This document shows, piece by piece, positions 19,510 through 29,334 of a DNA stretch of 64,000 nt; the stretch's first letter is position 1; each line of letters begins with the position of its first letter. The DNA is taken from the NCBI GenBank assembly GCA_965207885.1, contig OZ242311.1, positions 5,408,001-5,472,000 of the forward strand, given 5' to 3'. The position numbers and the translations under genes are program-made. The notes below the pieces were generated by a model, which made no database searches, was not told the DNA's origin, and worked only from the letters and a program-made list of their open reading frames with translations. The DNA comes from Candidatus Latescibacterota bacterium. Its GTDB lineage: Bacteria; Latescibacterota; UBA2968.

Positions 19510-19548
19510 AAAAAACCCTCATCCTGTGTCTGAAAGATCGGATGAGGG
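19510..19548 (-). terminator. Intrinsic terminator-like hairpin between lipoprotein and receptor, copy 2
   Basis: CCCTCATCC...GGATGAGGG with T-run; compensatory changes relative to copy 1. Confidence 0.75.
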
Positions 19549-19559
19549 CAAAGCAGTTA

Positions 19560-20048
19560 CTACCCTCCGACATGCACGGGAATGGGAATCGTGCGAAAAT
19601 CCACATGATCGTCGTGCGTGACCTGGAGCTCAATCGTAGTTTCGCCTACCTTGAGACCCCGCAGGTGAAAATCAAACTTGCCGACATCGTCGGCATCCTG
19701 AACAACTTCCAAAACCGTGGGATCGGCAATCGCCCATGTAAATTTGAAATCCGGATCATCTGGCGGGTCAATCTCGTCGCCATCTTCATCCAGAAAACGG
19801 ATGCTCCAGTGCGACGTTTCCTCATTGAGAGGGGCGTCGAGATGATCTTTCCGACCACCGCTGGCATCAATCTGCCCTCGAAAATAGCGGAAAAAACGAT
19901 TGCCCGAATCTATGATAACCAGACCCTCGGGTTCGAAATGCTCTTCCTGGTGAGACGTGGGATCATCACTACCACAACCGATCACAAAGAAAGTCAGAAC
20001 TGCCACAGCAGCAAAGGTGCGTTGAAACGAATTTCTTGCAAAAAACAT
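19560..20048 (-). CDS. His/acidic lipoprotein, copy 2
   Basis: Identical to copy 1 except one residue in the signal peptide (K/N). Confidence 0.8.
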   Translation of the reverse strand: MFFARNSFQRTFAAVAVLTFFVIGCGSDDPTSHQEEHFEPEGLVIIDSGNRFFRYFRGQIDASGGRKDHLDAPLNEETSHWSIRFLDEDGDEIDPPDDPDFKFTWAIADPTVLEVVQDADDVGKFDFHLRGLKVGETTIELQVTHDDHVDFRTIPIPVHVGG

Positions 20049-20172
20049 GATACAGTCTCCTGAATAAGCCCGCACGGGCAGAGAACACAGAGAGAGGTCC
20101 TCTTATGCCCGCACAAAAAGGCACAAAAATACAGAAAAATAATGCAAACTTTAGTATTGAGATATTCAGTAT

Positions 20173-20460
20173 TCAGAAGACTACTGGAGGGGATCGGCTC
20201 TGAGGTGAAAGGGAAAACTGGCGGAATAAAAATGTGGAGTGCGGCAGAGCGAAAAAACAACAGGCGTATAATGCACTCAAAATGACTATGGCACTGATAA
20301 GACCACTAAAGCTATAAATCCAATGGCAAACGAAGCAATGGGTGTCATGTTCATCATGGTCAACATGGTCAACCGCATGCCCAAAGGCAAGGGAAAATGC
20401 ACCGACGAGCAATATGGCGATCAGCGTTTTAACGAGCGGGTGTCTGGTGTAGAGATTCAT
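20173..20460 (-). CDS. DUF2946/CruR-like leader peptide (His-rich, CxxC, RSPP), copy 2
   Basis: HAVDHVDHDEHDTHCFVCH ... PQSRSPPVVF. Confidence 0.75.
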   Translation of the reverse strand: MNLYTRHPLVKTLIAILLVGAFSLAFGHAVDHVDHDEHDTHCFVCHWIYSFSGLISAIVILSALYACCFFALPHSTFLFRQFSLSPQSRSPPVVF

Positions 20461-20519
20461 TTTTAATACTATATGTATATGGGGCTACCTCGAGCAAAAA
20501 TAGTTGTCTATCAATGCGC

Positions 20520-20972
20520 CTATTTGTCCCCTGCGGAATGCGCTCGCAATTGTCTAATCGATTGCAATCGCAAAAGCAGCTTTTCGAGATTTGATTTTAG
20601 CTCTTTTTGGATCTCGACCATTTGCTCGGGCGTCACCTGTAGATTTTCTTTTTCGCCATGGTGTTCATGGCCGTGATCATGGGCCTCTGCCGAGTCATCT
20701 CCCGGCACTTCAACCACATTTTTTTCCCACAATTCAAAGTCTTTTTCGATAACCTGAAGACTATCGCGTATATCCACAGCATGATGTGAAAATGACTTCA
20801 GGCTATCCAGTTGGTTCTCAAATTGCTCTTCAATTTCCATCATCGCCTTGTGAATATCCGCCGCCTGTTGCAAGTGGTGTGCATCTTCTTTATTTTCTCC
20901 ATGGCAAGAAACAAAGAACGCAAACATTATAACACTTATCACTTTGAGCCGCATTGGATTTTGTCTCTCCAT
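20520..20972 (-). CDS. His-rich helical lipoprotein, putative metal binder
   Basis: Lipobox-like FVSC; AHDHGHEHHG loop. Confidence 0.75.
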   Translation of the reverse strand: MERQNPMRLKVISVIMFAFFVSCHGENKEDAHHLQQAADIHKAMMEIEEQFENQLDSLKSFSHHAVDIRDSLQVIEKDFELWEKNVVEVPGDDSAEAHDHGHEHHGEKENLQVTPEQMVEIQKELKSNLEKLLLRLQSIRQLRAHSAGDK

Positions 20973-21000
20973 ATCTTACGTCTCCTTTCGCGTGTTTATC

Positions 21001-21399
21001 CTATTTTTCACAATCATCTTTGCGACATAAATGATGATTCCGAATATGGCCTGAGATCAAAAATCCCGACCCAAAAACGGTCCCCACCCGTTCCCCTATT
21101 TCCCCAAAAAGATCATGGCCAACCATAACCATTATGACGAGAAGGGACAGCCCGAGGATACCGAAACCAATGACAAATTGATCTTTATGACGGCGACACC
21201 CCAATCCAAGAGCAAGAATGCTGGTGGGCAGAATCAGCCACATCAAAAGCCCATGAAAATGTTCATCGCCAACAAATGTAGTAGCCAACAACGGAAACGC
21301 AATAAGTGCAACAGGCAATGTCAAACAATGGATCGCACACATTGTTGAAAGAACAATGGCGATTTTATCACCTGCGGTTTGATAGCTCAAACGCGCCAT
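21001..21399 (-). CDS. MerC-domain membrane protein
   Basis: DKIAIVLSTMCAIHCLTLP, HGLLMW, GCRRHK, GHIRNH; four transmembrane helices. Confidence 0.85.
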   Translation of the reverse strand: MARLSYQTAGDKIAIVLSTMCAIHCLTLPVALIAFPLLATTFVGDEHFHGLLMWLILPTSILALGLGCRRHKDQFVIGFGILGLSLLVIMVMVGHDLFGEIGERVGTVFGSGFLISGHIRNHHLCRKDDCEK

Positions 21400-21434
21400 T
21401 TATTATCTCCTTCTTATTCATAATAACGACACAA

Positions 21435-21965
21435 TTAATATGTATCACCAGGATTGTTTTTCATATCGCGCTTATCCATCACCTCGGCTTTGCTGATGCG
21501 AAAAAAGAGTTCGGAAGGATCTTTTTGCAACAATTCCAGACGACCTGTAATAGTAACGGGATAATAAGTAAAATCAATCGGTTTGCTCGGGTGAACATCT
21601 ACAAGAGACTCAGGCCCACCTCCGCCTACACAAAATGAACAGCCCCCAAGTGAATACGGAGTCAAAACAAAACGCGCCTGTTTTTTTTGAGCCGATAGCG
21701 GAATCATAAACCCGACAAGCTCGACGTGTTTGCCATTCATTTTTTTCAACGTATCGGAAAATATGGGTATAAAGGTTGGCGCATAGGGATCATAACTCAC
21801 CGTCGCAAGGGTTTCCCAAAGCGACCCCTTCATCATCTGGGGCAATGGAGACGCCTGAAGTTCTGGGCGATGGTCTAATGACGAGGGCGGTGCCTCACTG
21901 CCAGTATCTATTCTCAAAACCACAGCAAATAACAAAATAAACATTACCGTGCGTTGTATATTCAT
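21435..21965 (-). CDS. DUF3299 family protein (ZrgD-like)
   Basis: WETLA, NGKHVELVGFMIPL, FVLTPYSLGGCSFC, VTITGRLEL. Confidence 0.8.
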   Translation of the reverse strand: MNIQRTVMFILLFAVVLRIDTGSEAPPSSLDHRPELQASPLPQMMKGSLWETLATVSYDPYAPTFIPIFSDTLKKMNGKHVELVGFMIPLSAQKKQARFVLTPYSLGGCSFCVGGGGPESLVDVHPSKPIDFTYYPVTITGRLELLQKDPSELFFRISKAEVMDKRDMKNNPGDTY

Positions 21966-23239
21966 CACGATACCTCCACAAGTGTTTGTGCAACATCTGT
22001 CCGATAGACCTGAAGCGCCGGTATAAGAGCCGATACACTACCCAACACAAGCGCCAGACCAATGAGCCAGAATTCATCGGACAAAATAATCCATCCCGTC
22101 AAATTTATATGCTGTGCCTCGCGCACCCATGCGCCAATCACCTCAGTGCTGGCATGCCCAAGCACAAAGCCCAATCCCGTACCCATAAATGTAAGCAAAA
22201 CCCCCTCCAAAAGCACCTGAACAAAAAGTTTGCCGCGACTTGCCCCCAGAGCACGCATCATAGCCAGATCGTATCGCCGATCTTTCATCGCATTATAAAG
22301 TGCCACAAAAATGCTCAACGCCGCTGCAAACACCAGAACCCCACCAAAAACCCGCACCACCTCCAACCCAACACCGAGCAATGCAAAAAGGCGCGTTGTC
22401 TCAAATGCGGGGGACGCAGCCTGAAATTTGGTCTCTTTATTAACATACCTCGGAAATGACACGGCTGCAATAGGTGAACGATAGCGAATCAACAAACCCG
22501 TAACTTCGCGCTCGGCATCGGCTTCACTGTCCATCGGCAAACCGAGAACATCGCGTGCGCGATTCTCATCGGCCTGGCTCTCCAGGTGGTGATCCAGTCC
22601 ATCGCCCTCTTCTTCATGCGGTTCGTGAACCAGCCAGACCGTTTCCACAGCAGTCAGTAACAGACGATCGATAATCGAACCCGTTGGTTGCAAAACACCC
22701 ACCACGCGAAACGGTTGCGATTCGTGTTGTTCAGAAGCTGTTTCTGCGGTCAACCCATGCGAACTAATAACCTCATCACCCAGTGCAAGACCCGTCTCGC
22801 TGGCAACCTGCGCGCCTATAACCACCTGGTATGGCTCATCCCAAAAGGTACCATCAACCAATTCCGCCCGGTAGTGTTTGGCGTATGCGGATGTCGTTCC
22901 CACAATGCGATATCCCCGATAATTATCCCCCAATGCCAGAGGTATCGCCTGTGCAACCGCTCTGTTTTTTGCCAGTTCACGCGCCTCTAAAAGCGGTATA
23001 TTTCCCGTTGGCACATCAACGTGAAAGACACTGGATAAAATCAATTGCAAAGGACTGCCCTTAGCCCCCACAACGACATCGATATTTTGAACATTTCGGT
23101 GCAAATTCTCTTCAAATTGTTCGCCAAAAAGCAACAAAACAACGACAATACCCGTTCCAAGTCCCAACAATATCATATTGAGCAATGTATTCAACTTGCG
23201 CCGATAAATATAGGCCAGACTAATTTTGAAAAGATTCAT
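21965..23239 (-). CDS. FtsX/MacB-type ABC permease (ZrgC-like)
   Basis: VVGAKGSPLQLILSSVFH, ALGDNYRGYRIVGT, RRYDLAMMRALGA; His-acidic loop. Confidence 0.88.
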   Translation of the reverse strand: MNLFKISLAYIYRRKLNTLLNMILLGLGTGIVVVLLLFGEQFEENLHRNVQNIDVVVGAKGSPLQLILSSVFHVDVPTGNIPLLEARELAKNRAVAQAIPLALGDNYRGYRIVGTTSAYAKHYRAELVDGTFWDEPYQVVIGAQVASETGLALGDEVISSHGLTAETASEQHESQPFRVVGVLQPTGSIIDRLLLTAVETVWLVHEPHEEEGDGLDHHLESQADENRARDVLGLPMDSEADAEREVTGLLIRYRSPIAAVSFPRYVNKETKFQAASPAFETTRLFALLGVGLEVVRVFGGVLVFAAALSIFVALYNAMKDRRYDLAMMRALGASRGKLFVQVLLEGVLLTFMGTGLGFVLGHASTEVIGAWVREAQHINLTGWIILSDEFWLIGLALVLGSVSALIPALQVYRTDVAQTLVEVS

Positions 23240-23889
23240 GTGGGCAATTCCACCTGTTCATCGAGCGCAATACAATGGTCAAAACTATCGGTAATGCGAT
23301 GATCATGTGACGCCACCACCAGAGTTGCCTGAACCTCTCGCGCCGATGACGTGAGCAAATCCAACACCTGCTTGCTGCGCGCGTCATCCAATCCAGATGT
23401 CGGTTCATCGGCCAACAGCAATTGGGGGCGGTTAACAACAGCCCGGGCGATTGCCACGCGCTGTTGTTGACCAAAACTCAGTTCCGATGGATAAGCGTGT
23501 TCGCGACCTGCGAGACCGAGAGCCGCAAGCACCTGTTGGACACGCGCTTTGTCCTGCTGTACACCGGCCATATAATGCGCCATAAGCAAATTTTCCAGCA
23601 CCGTAAAAACCGGGAACAGGTGAAATTGTTGAAAAACAATGCCAATGCGTTGCCCGCGAAATCGATCGCGAGCGGTCTCTGTCATTGCATAAATATCCTG
23701 TTTGGCAATATGCACACTGCCCTGTGAGGGCTTTAACAAACCGGCGATAATATGCAAAAGCGTCGTCTTCCCGCTTCCCGATGGCCCGTGCAACAGCCAT
23801 TTTTCATCGGGCTGGGCCTCAATATATTCTGGCAAGTCCAATACAAGACGACTGCCATAAACATGCCCAACGTGTTTAAGTACAAACAT
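23236..23889 (-). CDS. ABC ATP-binding protein (ZrgB-like)
   Basis: GPSGSGKT, LSFGQQQRVAIARA, LLADEPT. Confidence 0.92.
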   Translation of the reverse strand: MFVLKHVGHVYGSRLVLDLPEYIEAQPDEKWLLHGPSGSGKTTLLHIIAGLLKPSQGSVHIAKQDIYAMTETARDRFRGQRIGIVFQQFHLFPVFTVLENLLMAHYMAGVQQDKARVQQVLAALGLAGREHAYPSELSFGQQQRVAIARAVVNRPQLLLADEPTSGLDDARSKQVLDLLTSSAREVQATLVVASHDHRITDSFDHCIALDEQVELPT

Positions 23890-23969
23890 GAGATAGTATT
23901 CAAAAAATGCGATGTGTGACTTCTAAATGTTACGAGGCCGTCAAAATCGAGCGGATGAGGCAGTTTCGG

Positions 23970-25190
23970 TCATTCTGACTCCTCAACCATTTGAAGCTCC
24001 GGAAACGGGTTCCGGAACCCTGCCCAGGTCTTGCTGTTAGCGGAGGCGAGGCGCTCGTCGAGCAGGCATGCATCGAGGCGAGCGCGCATCGCCGCCTCGT
24101 GCATCTGCTGGCCGATGAAGACGAGTTGTTGCGCGCGATCGCCGAAGCGAGGATGCCAGTCCGGCTGCTGGTCAGGTCGCCGACCCTCGGGGTGCCCCCA
24201 GTGTTCGCGAGGCACGGCCGCCCACCACATCCCAACGGGGTTCACGTTGATGACGCCGCCGGCTTGAGACCACTCGTAGAGGATCCGATGGTCAGCGGCG
24301 ACCCAGAAGAAGCCCTTCGAGCGGAGCACGCCGCTCCAGTTCTCGGCGTCGTGCAGAAGTGCCCACAGCTTCTCGGCGTCGAAGGGCTGCGACGTCCGAT
24401 AGGTGAAGCTCGAGATCCCGTACTCCTCAGTCTCCGGCGTGTGCTCACCCTGAAGCTCTCGAATCCAGCCGGCGGAGTGCGCCGCCTTCTCGTAGTCGAA
24501 CAGGCCCGTGTCGAGCACGCATTTGAGAGGAACCTCTCCGTGCGTCGCCATGAGGACCTCCGCGCCGGGGTTGAACGCTTTCACGATCGCCTCGACCTCG
24601 AGAGCCTGATCGTCGCTCACGAGATCGAGCTTGTTCAGCACGATGACGTCGGCGAACTCGATCTGGTCGATGAGCAGGTCGGTCACCGTCCGGTGATCTT
24701 CTTCGCCCAGCGACTCACCCCGGTCTTGGAGCGCCTCGGCGGCGTTGTAGTCCCGCAGGAAGCTCGCCGCGTCCACGACTGTGACCATTGTGTCGAGGCG
24801 CGAAACCTGACCCAGGCTCACACCGTTCTCGTCCTCGAAGGTGAAGGTCTGCGCGACGGGAATAGGCTCCGAGATCCCCGTGGACTCGATGAGCAGGTAG
24901 TCGAAGCGTCCCTCCTGCGCGAGCCGTGAGACCTCGGCGAGCAGGTCGTCTCGCAACGTGCAGCAGATGCAGCCGTTCGACATCTCGATCAGCTTCTCCT
25001 CGGTCCGCGAGAGTTCCGCACCGCCGCGCTCAACGAGCGTCGCGTCGATGTTGACCTCGCTCATATCGTTGACGATGACCGCGACGCGCATGCCCTCGCG
25101 GTTGTTGAGCACGTTGTTGAGTAGAGTAGTCTTGCCTGCGCCGAGAAAGCCGGACAGGACAGTAACGGGAAGTCTCTCTGACAAGGGCAC
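23970..25190 (-). CDS. zigA: COG0523 zinc metallochaperone GTPase, ZigA/ZagA-like
   Basis: [56 protein letters not shown]. Confidence 0.88.
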   Translation of the reverse strand: MPLSERLPVTVLSGFLGAGKTTLLNNVLNNREGMRVAVIVNDMSEVNIDATLVERGGAELSRTEEKLIEMSNGCICCTLRDDLLAEVSRLAQEGRFDYLLIESTGISEPIPVAQTFTFEDENGVSLGQVSRLDTMVTVVDAASFLRDYNAAEALQDRGESLGEEDHRTVTDLLIDQIEFADVIVLNKLDLVSDDQALEVEAIVKAFNPGAEVLMATHGEVPLKCVLDTGLFDYEKAAHSAGWIRELQGEHTPETEEYGISSFTYRTSQPFDAEKLWALLHDAENWSGVLRSKGFFWVAADHRILYEWSQAGGVINVNPVGMWWAAVPREHWGHPEGRRPDQQPDWHPRFGDRAQQLVFIGQQMHEAAMRARLDACLLDERLASANSKTWAGFRNPFPELQMVEESE

Positions 25191-25270
25191 TTTAGTTTCC
25201 TCTCTTAAAGGGTGATGACATCCAACAGCGAATCATTCAAACCGGTAGCGATTCAGTTTGCGGTCGTGCT

Positions 25271-26317
25271 TCACCTGTTGCCCACTCGCCAAACCGTCGC
25301 GCCACCCTGAGCGTCGAGCGCAGCAAGCGCACGTCCATCTGGTCGCCAGTACAAGGCGCTGACAACATCTGCCACAAGCGCAATTCCTATCGGATTGCCT
25401 TGTCCATCGCGCCTGAGTGACCACACAACTACGCCGCCATCCCGAGCTCCCGAGGCCAAGCGCATCCCGCGGTGAGCGAAGGCGAGCTTTGTAACAGTTT
25501 GAACATGAAAATATAGAGTACCGGGCCGCGTGCCTTCGGGACCTCTTCCCTGGAAGCTCCAGACCGTCACCGCCTCGCCTCCACCGGTGGCCAAAAGGGT
25601 GCCAGTGTCATCGAAGGCCAAGGCGGACGGCTTGGCAGGATATCCTGACATCATCGAGTCCTGCTTCGTGGAGCGACGCCAGAAATGCACCGAGTTGTCC
25701 TGGCTGCCGCAGGCCACGATATCCCCGTCCGGGCTCAGTACCATCGACACCAAGGATCCCATCCACTCCAGCTTCTGGCGAAGTTCCCCAGTAGATGCGT
25801 CGAAGAACGTCACCCGACCGTAACAGGCCGTCGCCAACTCCCCTGCGCTGGACCAGGCGATCGCGCTGACGGTGCTGGGATGATCATCAGATCGCCAGAC
25901 TTCTCCGCCGTCCGCACCATACGCGCGAACCTGCCGGGAGCAGGAAGCCGCCAGCCATTGGCCGTCCGGCGACCACGCCACGTTCTCCACCCAATCGCTG
26001 CCGACGTCGATAGCCTGTTTTACCTGACCTTCGGCGACACCCCAGATAAGGACTCGTCCGTCCTGGCCAGCCGTAGCGAACGCGGTTCCGCTTGGGTGGA
26101 TCGCCATCGCGAGCACGCCGCCATCATGCCCTCTCTGCCGGGCCCAGGCGCTTGCGCCGGACTTGCCGTCGAACGCGTAGATGCCACCCGCGGCGTCACT
26201 GACCACCAGTGCCTCACCGCGGAGGGTCCAGCCCCCGGCGATGGCGTAGTCGCCGACCGCCGCAGACCAGCCCCGGCGAAGAACACCCTTTGAGCTGACG
26301 ACATTCAAATCAGACAT
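25271..26317 (-). CDS. WD40-repeat beta-propeller protein
   Basis: Repeated units such as ATAGQDGRVLIW, AWSPDG, CGSQDNSVHFW, ASGARDGGVVVW. Confidence 0.88.
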   Translation of the reverse strand: MSDLNVVSSKGVLRRGWSAAVGDYAIAGGWTLRGEALVVSDAAGGIYAFDGKSGASAWARQRGHDGGVLAMAIHPSGTAFATAGQDGRVLIWGVAEGQVKQAIDVGSDWVENVAWSPDGQWLAASCSRQVRAYGADGGEVWRSDDHPSTVSAIAWSSAGELATACYGRVTFFDASTGELRQKLEWMGSLVSMVLSPDGDIVACGSQDNSVHFWRRSTKQDSMMSGYPAKPSALAFDDTGTLLATGGGEAVTVWSFQGRGPEGTRPGTLYFHVQTVTKLAFAHRGMRLASGARDGGVVVWSLRRDGQGNPIGIALVADVVSALYWRPDGRALAALDAQGGATVWRVGNR

Positions 26318-27651
26318 GCCTCGAATCCCTGCCGCATGCTCTGCTCATCGAGGTTGCGGCCGATGAAGACGAGCTGATTGCGCCGGGGCGAGTCTCCCCA
26401 TGGACGCTCCGGCTGGCCGTCAAAGAGCATGTGAACCCCCTGGAAGACGAAGCGACACGACTCACCCGCGAGGCTGATGAAGCCCTTCATTCGGAAGATG
26501 TCCACCCCGCGCTCACGGAGCAGTTCGCCAAGCCAGACGTCGAGCCTTTCGGAATCTACGTCGCCGTCCATCTCGATCGCGATAGAGCCCACCTCGTCGT
26601 CGTGCTCGTGCTGTGCGACCCAGGTGCGCTCGACCTCTTGCTTGATTGTCGCTCCTTCCGCGTTCGTCAGTTGGAGATCGAACTCCTCCGCGGTGTGCTG
26701 GGCGTAGAGGCCAATCCGCATCTGCGTATCGACCTCCAGGAAGAACGACTTGCGCCCTGCGGAATCGAGCCGGAGGTTCACATGCTTTCCGACAGGAATC
26801 TCTTCCCCCGGGCGAATGAGGTCCGCAGGTTCGGCGTACCGCCGCACACTCCACTCCGCACCCTCACGGAGGGCAGCGTCATCCGTGCCCTGGTCGGACA
26901 CGACGACGAGCGACATCGTCGGATCAGGTCCATCGGCGAGGCTGAGTTCGTAGCGGCCGATATCGAGCGAATAGACGCCAGTCCATTCGAACGGATACTC
27001 CGGCTCGAGGAAGGCGGGACGACGCTCGAGCACCTGATCCAGGTCGAAGGCACCGAGGTTGAGTACCGTGTCCAGGGAGACGTTCGCCCGCTCGCTACGC
27101 ACGACTTGCGCCATTCGGTTCATGTCCTGGATCCGAGCCTCGATCCTGTCGAGCACCCCGCCGTTGACGAGGTCCGTCTTGTTAAGAACAAGGACGTCTG
27201 CGAACGCGATCTGTTCCGTGCTCTCGTCGCTTCGTCCGAGTTGCTGCTCGATGTGGGCTGCGTCAACGAGCGTGACGATCCCGTCAAGCGCGAACTCCGC
27301 GCGAATCTCGTCGTCCATGAAAAAGGTTTGAGCGACCGGACCGGGATCGGCGAGCCCTGTGGTCTCCACCAACACGTAGTCGAACTTGTCTCGGCGCTTC
27401 ATGAGGTTGCCGAGCACGCGAATCAGGTCTCCGCGCACCGTGCAGCAGATGCAGCCGTTCGACATTTCGAAGATCTCCTCGTCAGCATTTATGACAAGCT
27501 CATGATCGATGCCGACCTCCCCGTATTCGTTCTCGATCACGGCAATGCGCTTGCCGTGCTCCTCACTCAAGATCCGGTTGAGCAGGGTCGTCTTGCCAGA
27601 GCCGAGGAAGCCGGTGAGGATGGAAACAGGTACTTTTCGCGGTGTGTTCAT
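26305..27651 (-). CDS. COG0523/CobW family GTPase with internal insertion
   Basis: [50 protein letters not shown]. Confidence 0.9.
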   Translation of the reverse strand: MNTPRKVPVSILTGFLGSGKTTLLNRILSEEHGKRIAVIENEYGEVGIDHELVINADEEIFEMSNGCICCTVRGDLIRVLGNLMKRRDKFDYVLVETTGLADPGPVAQTFFMDDEIRAEFALDGIVTLVDAAHIEQQLGRSDESTEQIAFADVLVLNKTDLVNGGVLDRIEARIQDMNRMAQVVRSERANVSLDTVLNLGAFDLDQVLERRPAFLEPEYPFEWTGVYSLDIGRYELSLADGPDPTMSLVVVSDQGTDDAALREGAEWSVRRYAEPADLIRPGEEIPVGKHVNLRLDSAGRKSFFLEVDTQMRIGLYAQHTAEEFDLQLTNAEGATIKQEVERTWVAQHEHDDEVGSIAIEMDGDVDSERLDVWLGELLRERGVDIFRMKGFISLAGESCRFVFQGVHMLFDGQPERPWGDSPRRNQLVFIGRNLDEQSMRQGFEACLI

Positions 27652-27710
27652 CTAGTTCTCCTGGAGCAGAGGGTGGTGATGTGCCGATCAATATACATTC
27701 TATTCTCCCT

Positions 27711-29045
27711 TCAGACAGCGAGACCAGCCCGGATGAGCCACGGTTTCGACAGCCCTTCTGCCGTAGATCCATCGAAGAGCAACCGCCGGTCTCGCAGTAA
27801 GACGACGCGCGTTGCCTGGGGTGGCAGTGAATGAAGGCAGTGGGTTGCCCAGACGCACGTTGCGCTCGTCCGACGAACAGACTCTACAACGAGCGTGCGA
27901 AGCTCATGGGCCGCGACGGGATCAAGCCCGGCCGTGGGCTCGTCGAGGAGCAGCAACGCGGGCTCGAGCACCAGGAGACCGGCGAGCGCAACCCGGCGTT
28001 GCTCCCCGAAGCTGAGCTGATGACACGGACGCTCCAGCAGATGGTCTATGCGCAAAGCCATCGCCACCTCGCGGGATCGACATTGCGCCTCGCCTGCCTC
28101 AACGCCACGACAAAGCAGGCCCCAAGCAATGTCCTCGGCGACGGTGCTTGCGATGAAGTGGTGTTCTGGGTTCTGGTCGAGAAGCGCCACGCGTCCGTGG
28201 AGCCGAGCGCGGAGCGTCGCATCGGGCGACACGTGGTTTCCGAGGCGAGTCATGGTCCCTTGCGCGGGTCCGTCGAGCCCCGCGAGCAGACGCAATAAGC
28301 TCGTTTTCCCGGCTCCACTTGGCCCACACACGAGCAGCCACTCCGCTCTTGCCAAGCGAAGTTCGAGTTGCTCAAGCACCAACTGCCCACTGCGTTCGAC
28401 GTCGATGGCATCGAGGTGGACGCCGTCATGAGCCCGAACGTCTTCGCAGGAGGCACCACGCAGCAGTGCGTTCTCCTCGGCACGTTCGAGGCGCGCGAAG
28501 GCATGCAGGGCACCTTCGCCGAGCAGCGGTCCCCAGGCGGCCAGAGGCAAACGCGGGGACCCCAGACGGAGGCGGGCCGCGTCACGCCGCTGGACCCACT
28601 CACGCTGGGTAAGAACACCGTGCATGAGCGCGTGGTCAAGACTGGCCACGACGCCCTCAGGAATCCGAAGCCAGAGCAGGAGTTGTCGCAGCGACGCCCA
28701 GTCAACCTGGGTGCCAAGCCAGAGGATCCAGATAACACCACACAAGACCCTGGTGCTCGTTTGGACGATGATATCCGCGTTGGAATCCAGGGCGACCCCA
28801 CCAAGCAGTGCGAGCGCCACGAGGGCCAACATCCACGCGAGGGCAGGCTTAATCCTTCGGCGTCCACGGGCATGTGCGAACAGCAGAAGCACCGCGGCGA
28901 TCCCTGAGCCGATCAGGGACAAGGTGGTACTGCGTGCGCCTGCGTTGACGATCAGTACGCTGCTGGTCAGCGCGATACCCAATGCCGCAACCCATAGCGG
29001 TTGGCGGCGCTCGAAGAACAAAGAGTGCTCAGCGTGGAGGTGTAT
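27711..29045 (-). CDS. Fused ECF transmembrane (CbiQ-like) and ATPase (CbiO-like) component; start uncertain (ATA 29045 or TTG 29021)
   Basis: Hydrophobic N-half with AARLR and ALLRG coupling motifs; C-half GPSGAGKT, QNPE, LSFGEQRR, LLDEPT. Confidence 0.8.
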   Translation of the reverse strand: MHLHAEHSLFFERRQPLWVAALGIALTSSVLIVNAGARSTTLSLIGSGIAAVLLLFAHARGRRRIKPALAWMLALVALALLGGVALDSNADIIVQTSTRVLCGVIWILWLGTQVDWASLRQLLLWLRIPEGVVASLDHALMHGVLTQREWVQRRDAARLRLGSPRLPLAAWGPLLGEGALHAFARLERAEENALLRGASCEDVRAHDGVHLDAIDVERSGQLVLEQLELRLARAEWLLVCGPSGAGKTSLLRLLAGLDGPAQGTMTRLGNHVSPDATLRARLHGRVALLDQNPEHHFIASTVAEDIAWGLLCRGVEAGEAQCRSREVAMALRIDHLLERPCHQLSFGEQRRVALAGLLVLEPALLLLDEPTAGLDPVAAHELRTLVVESVRRTSATCVWATHCLHSLPPQATRVVLLRDRRLLFDGSTAEGLSKPWLIRAGLAV

Positions 29046-29334
29046 CGCGCCCTCCTCCGAGCACTCGTTCCCAGCAGCGCCCTGCGATAAATCCCAATCC
29101 GAAGAGTATGAGGATCGACATCGCGAGCCCGATCTCCCCCTGGCTCAGGTCGAAGATGCTCTCTGTGGGCGGTCGCCCCGCCTCCTCCGCGGTCGCACCG
29201 AATACGGTTCCGTCAATGCCTTCATAGCCGCATCCCGACAGGCCGATCACGAGCAACAGAAGCATGATGGACGCAAGGGGCGCGGACACGGTGCGAAGCT
29301 TCCTCAGTGCATCTCGGCAAAAAAAATTGTGCAT
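29029..29334 (-). CDS. CbiN-like domain; 3' part of the interrupted cbiMN fusion
   Basis: Two transmembrane helices around a YEGIDG loop; the first residues come from the inserted element. Confidence 0.65.
   Translation of the reverse strand: MHNFFCRDALRKLRTVSAPLASIMLLLLVIGLSGCGYEGIDGTVFGATAEEAGRPPTESIFDLSQGEIGLAMSILILFGLGFIAGRCWERVLGGGRDTPPR

Larger units (their letters stand above)
13897..20497. repeat. Tandem duplication, two units of about 3.33 kb (about 13897-17156 and 17204-20497)
   Basis: Paired genes are offset by 3324-3328 nt. Shared AAAGATAG..CTTGAC..CAAAAAGAGCAAGCCCCAGATCAGT at the left ends and GGGCTA.CTCGAGCAAA at the right ends. Confidence 0.95.
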
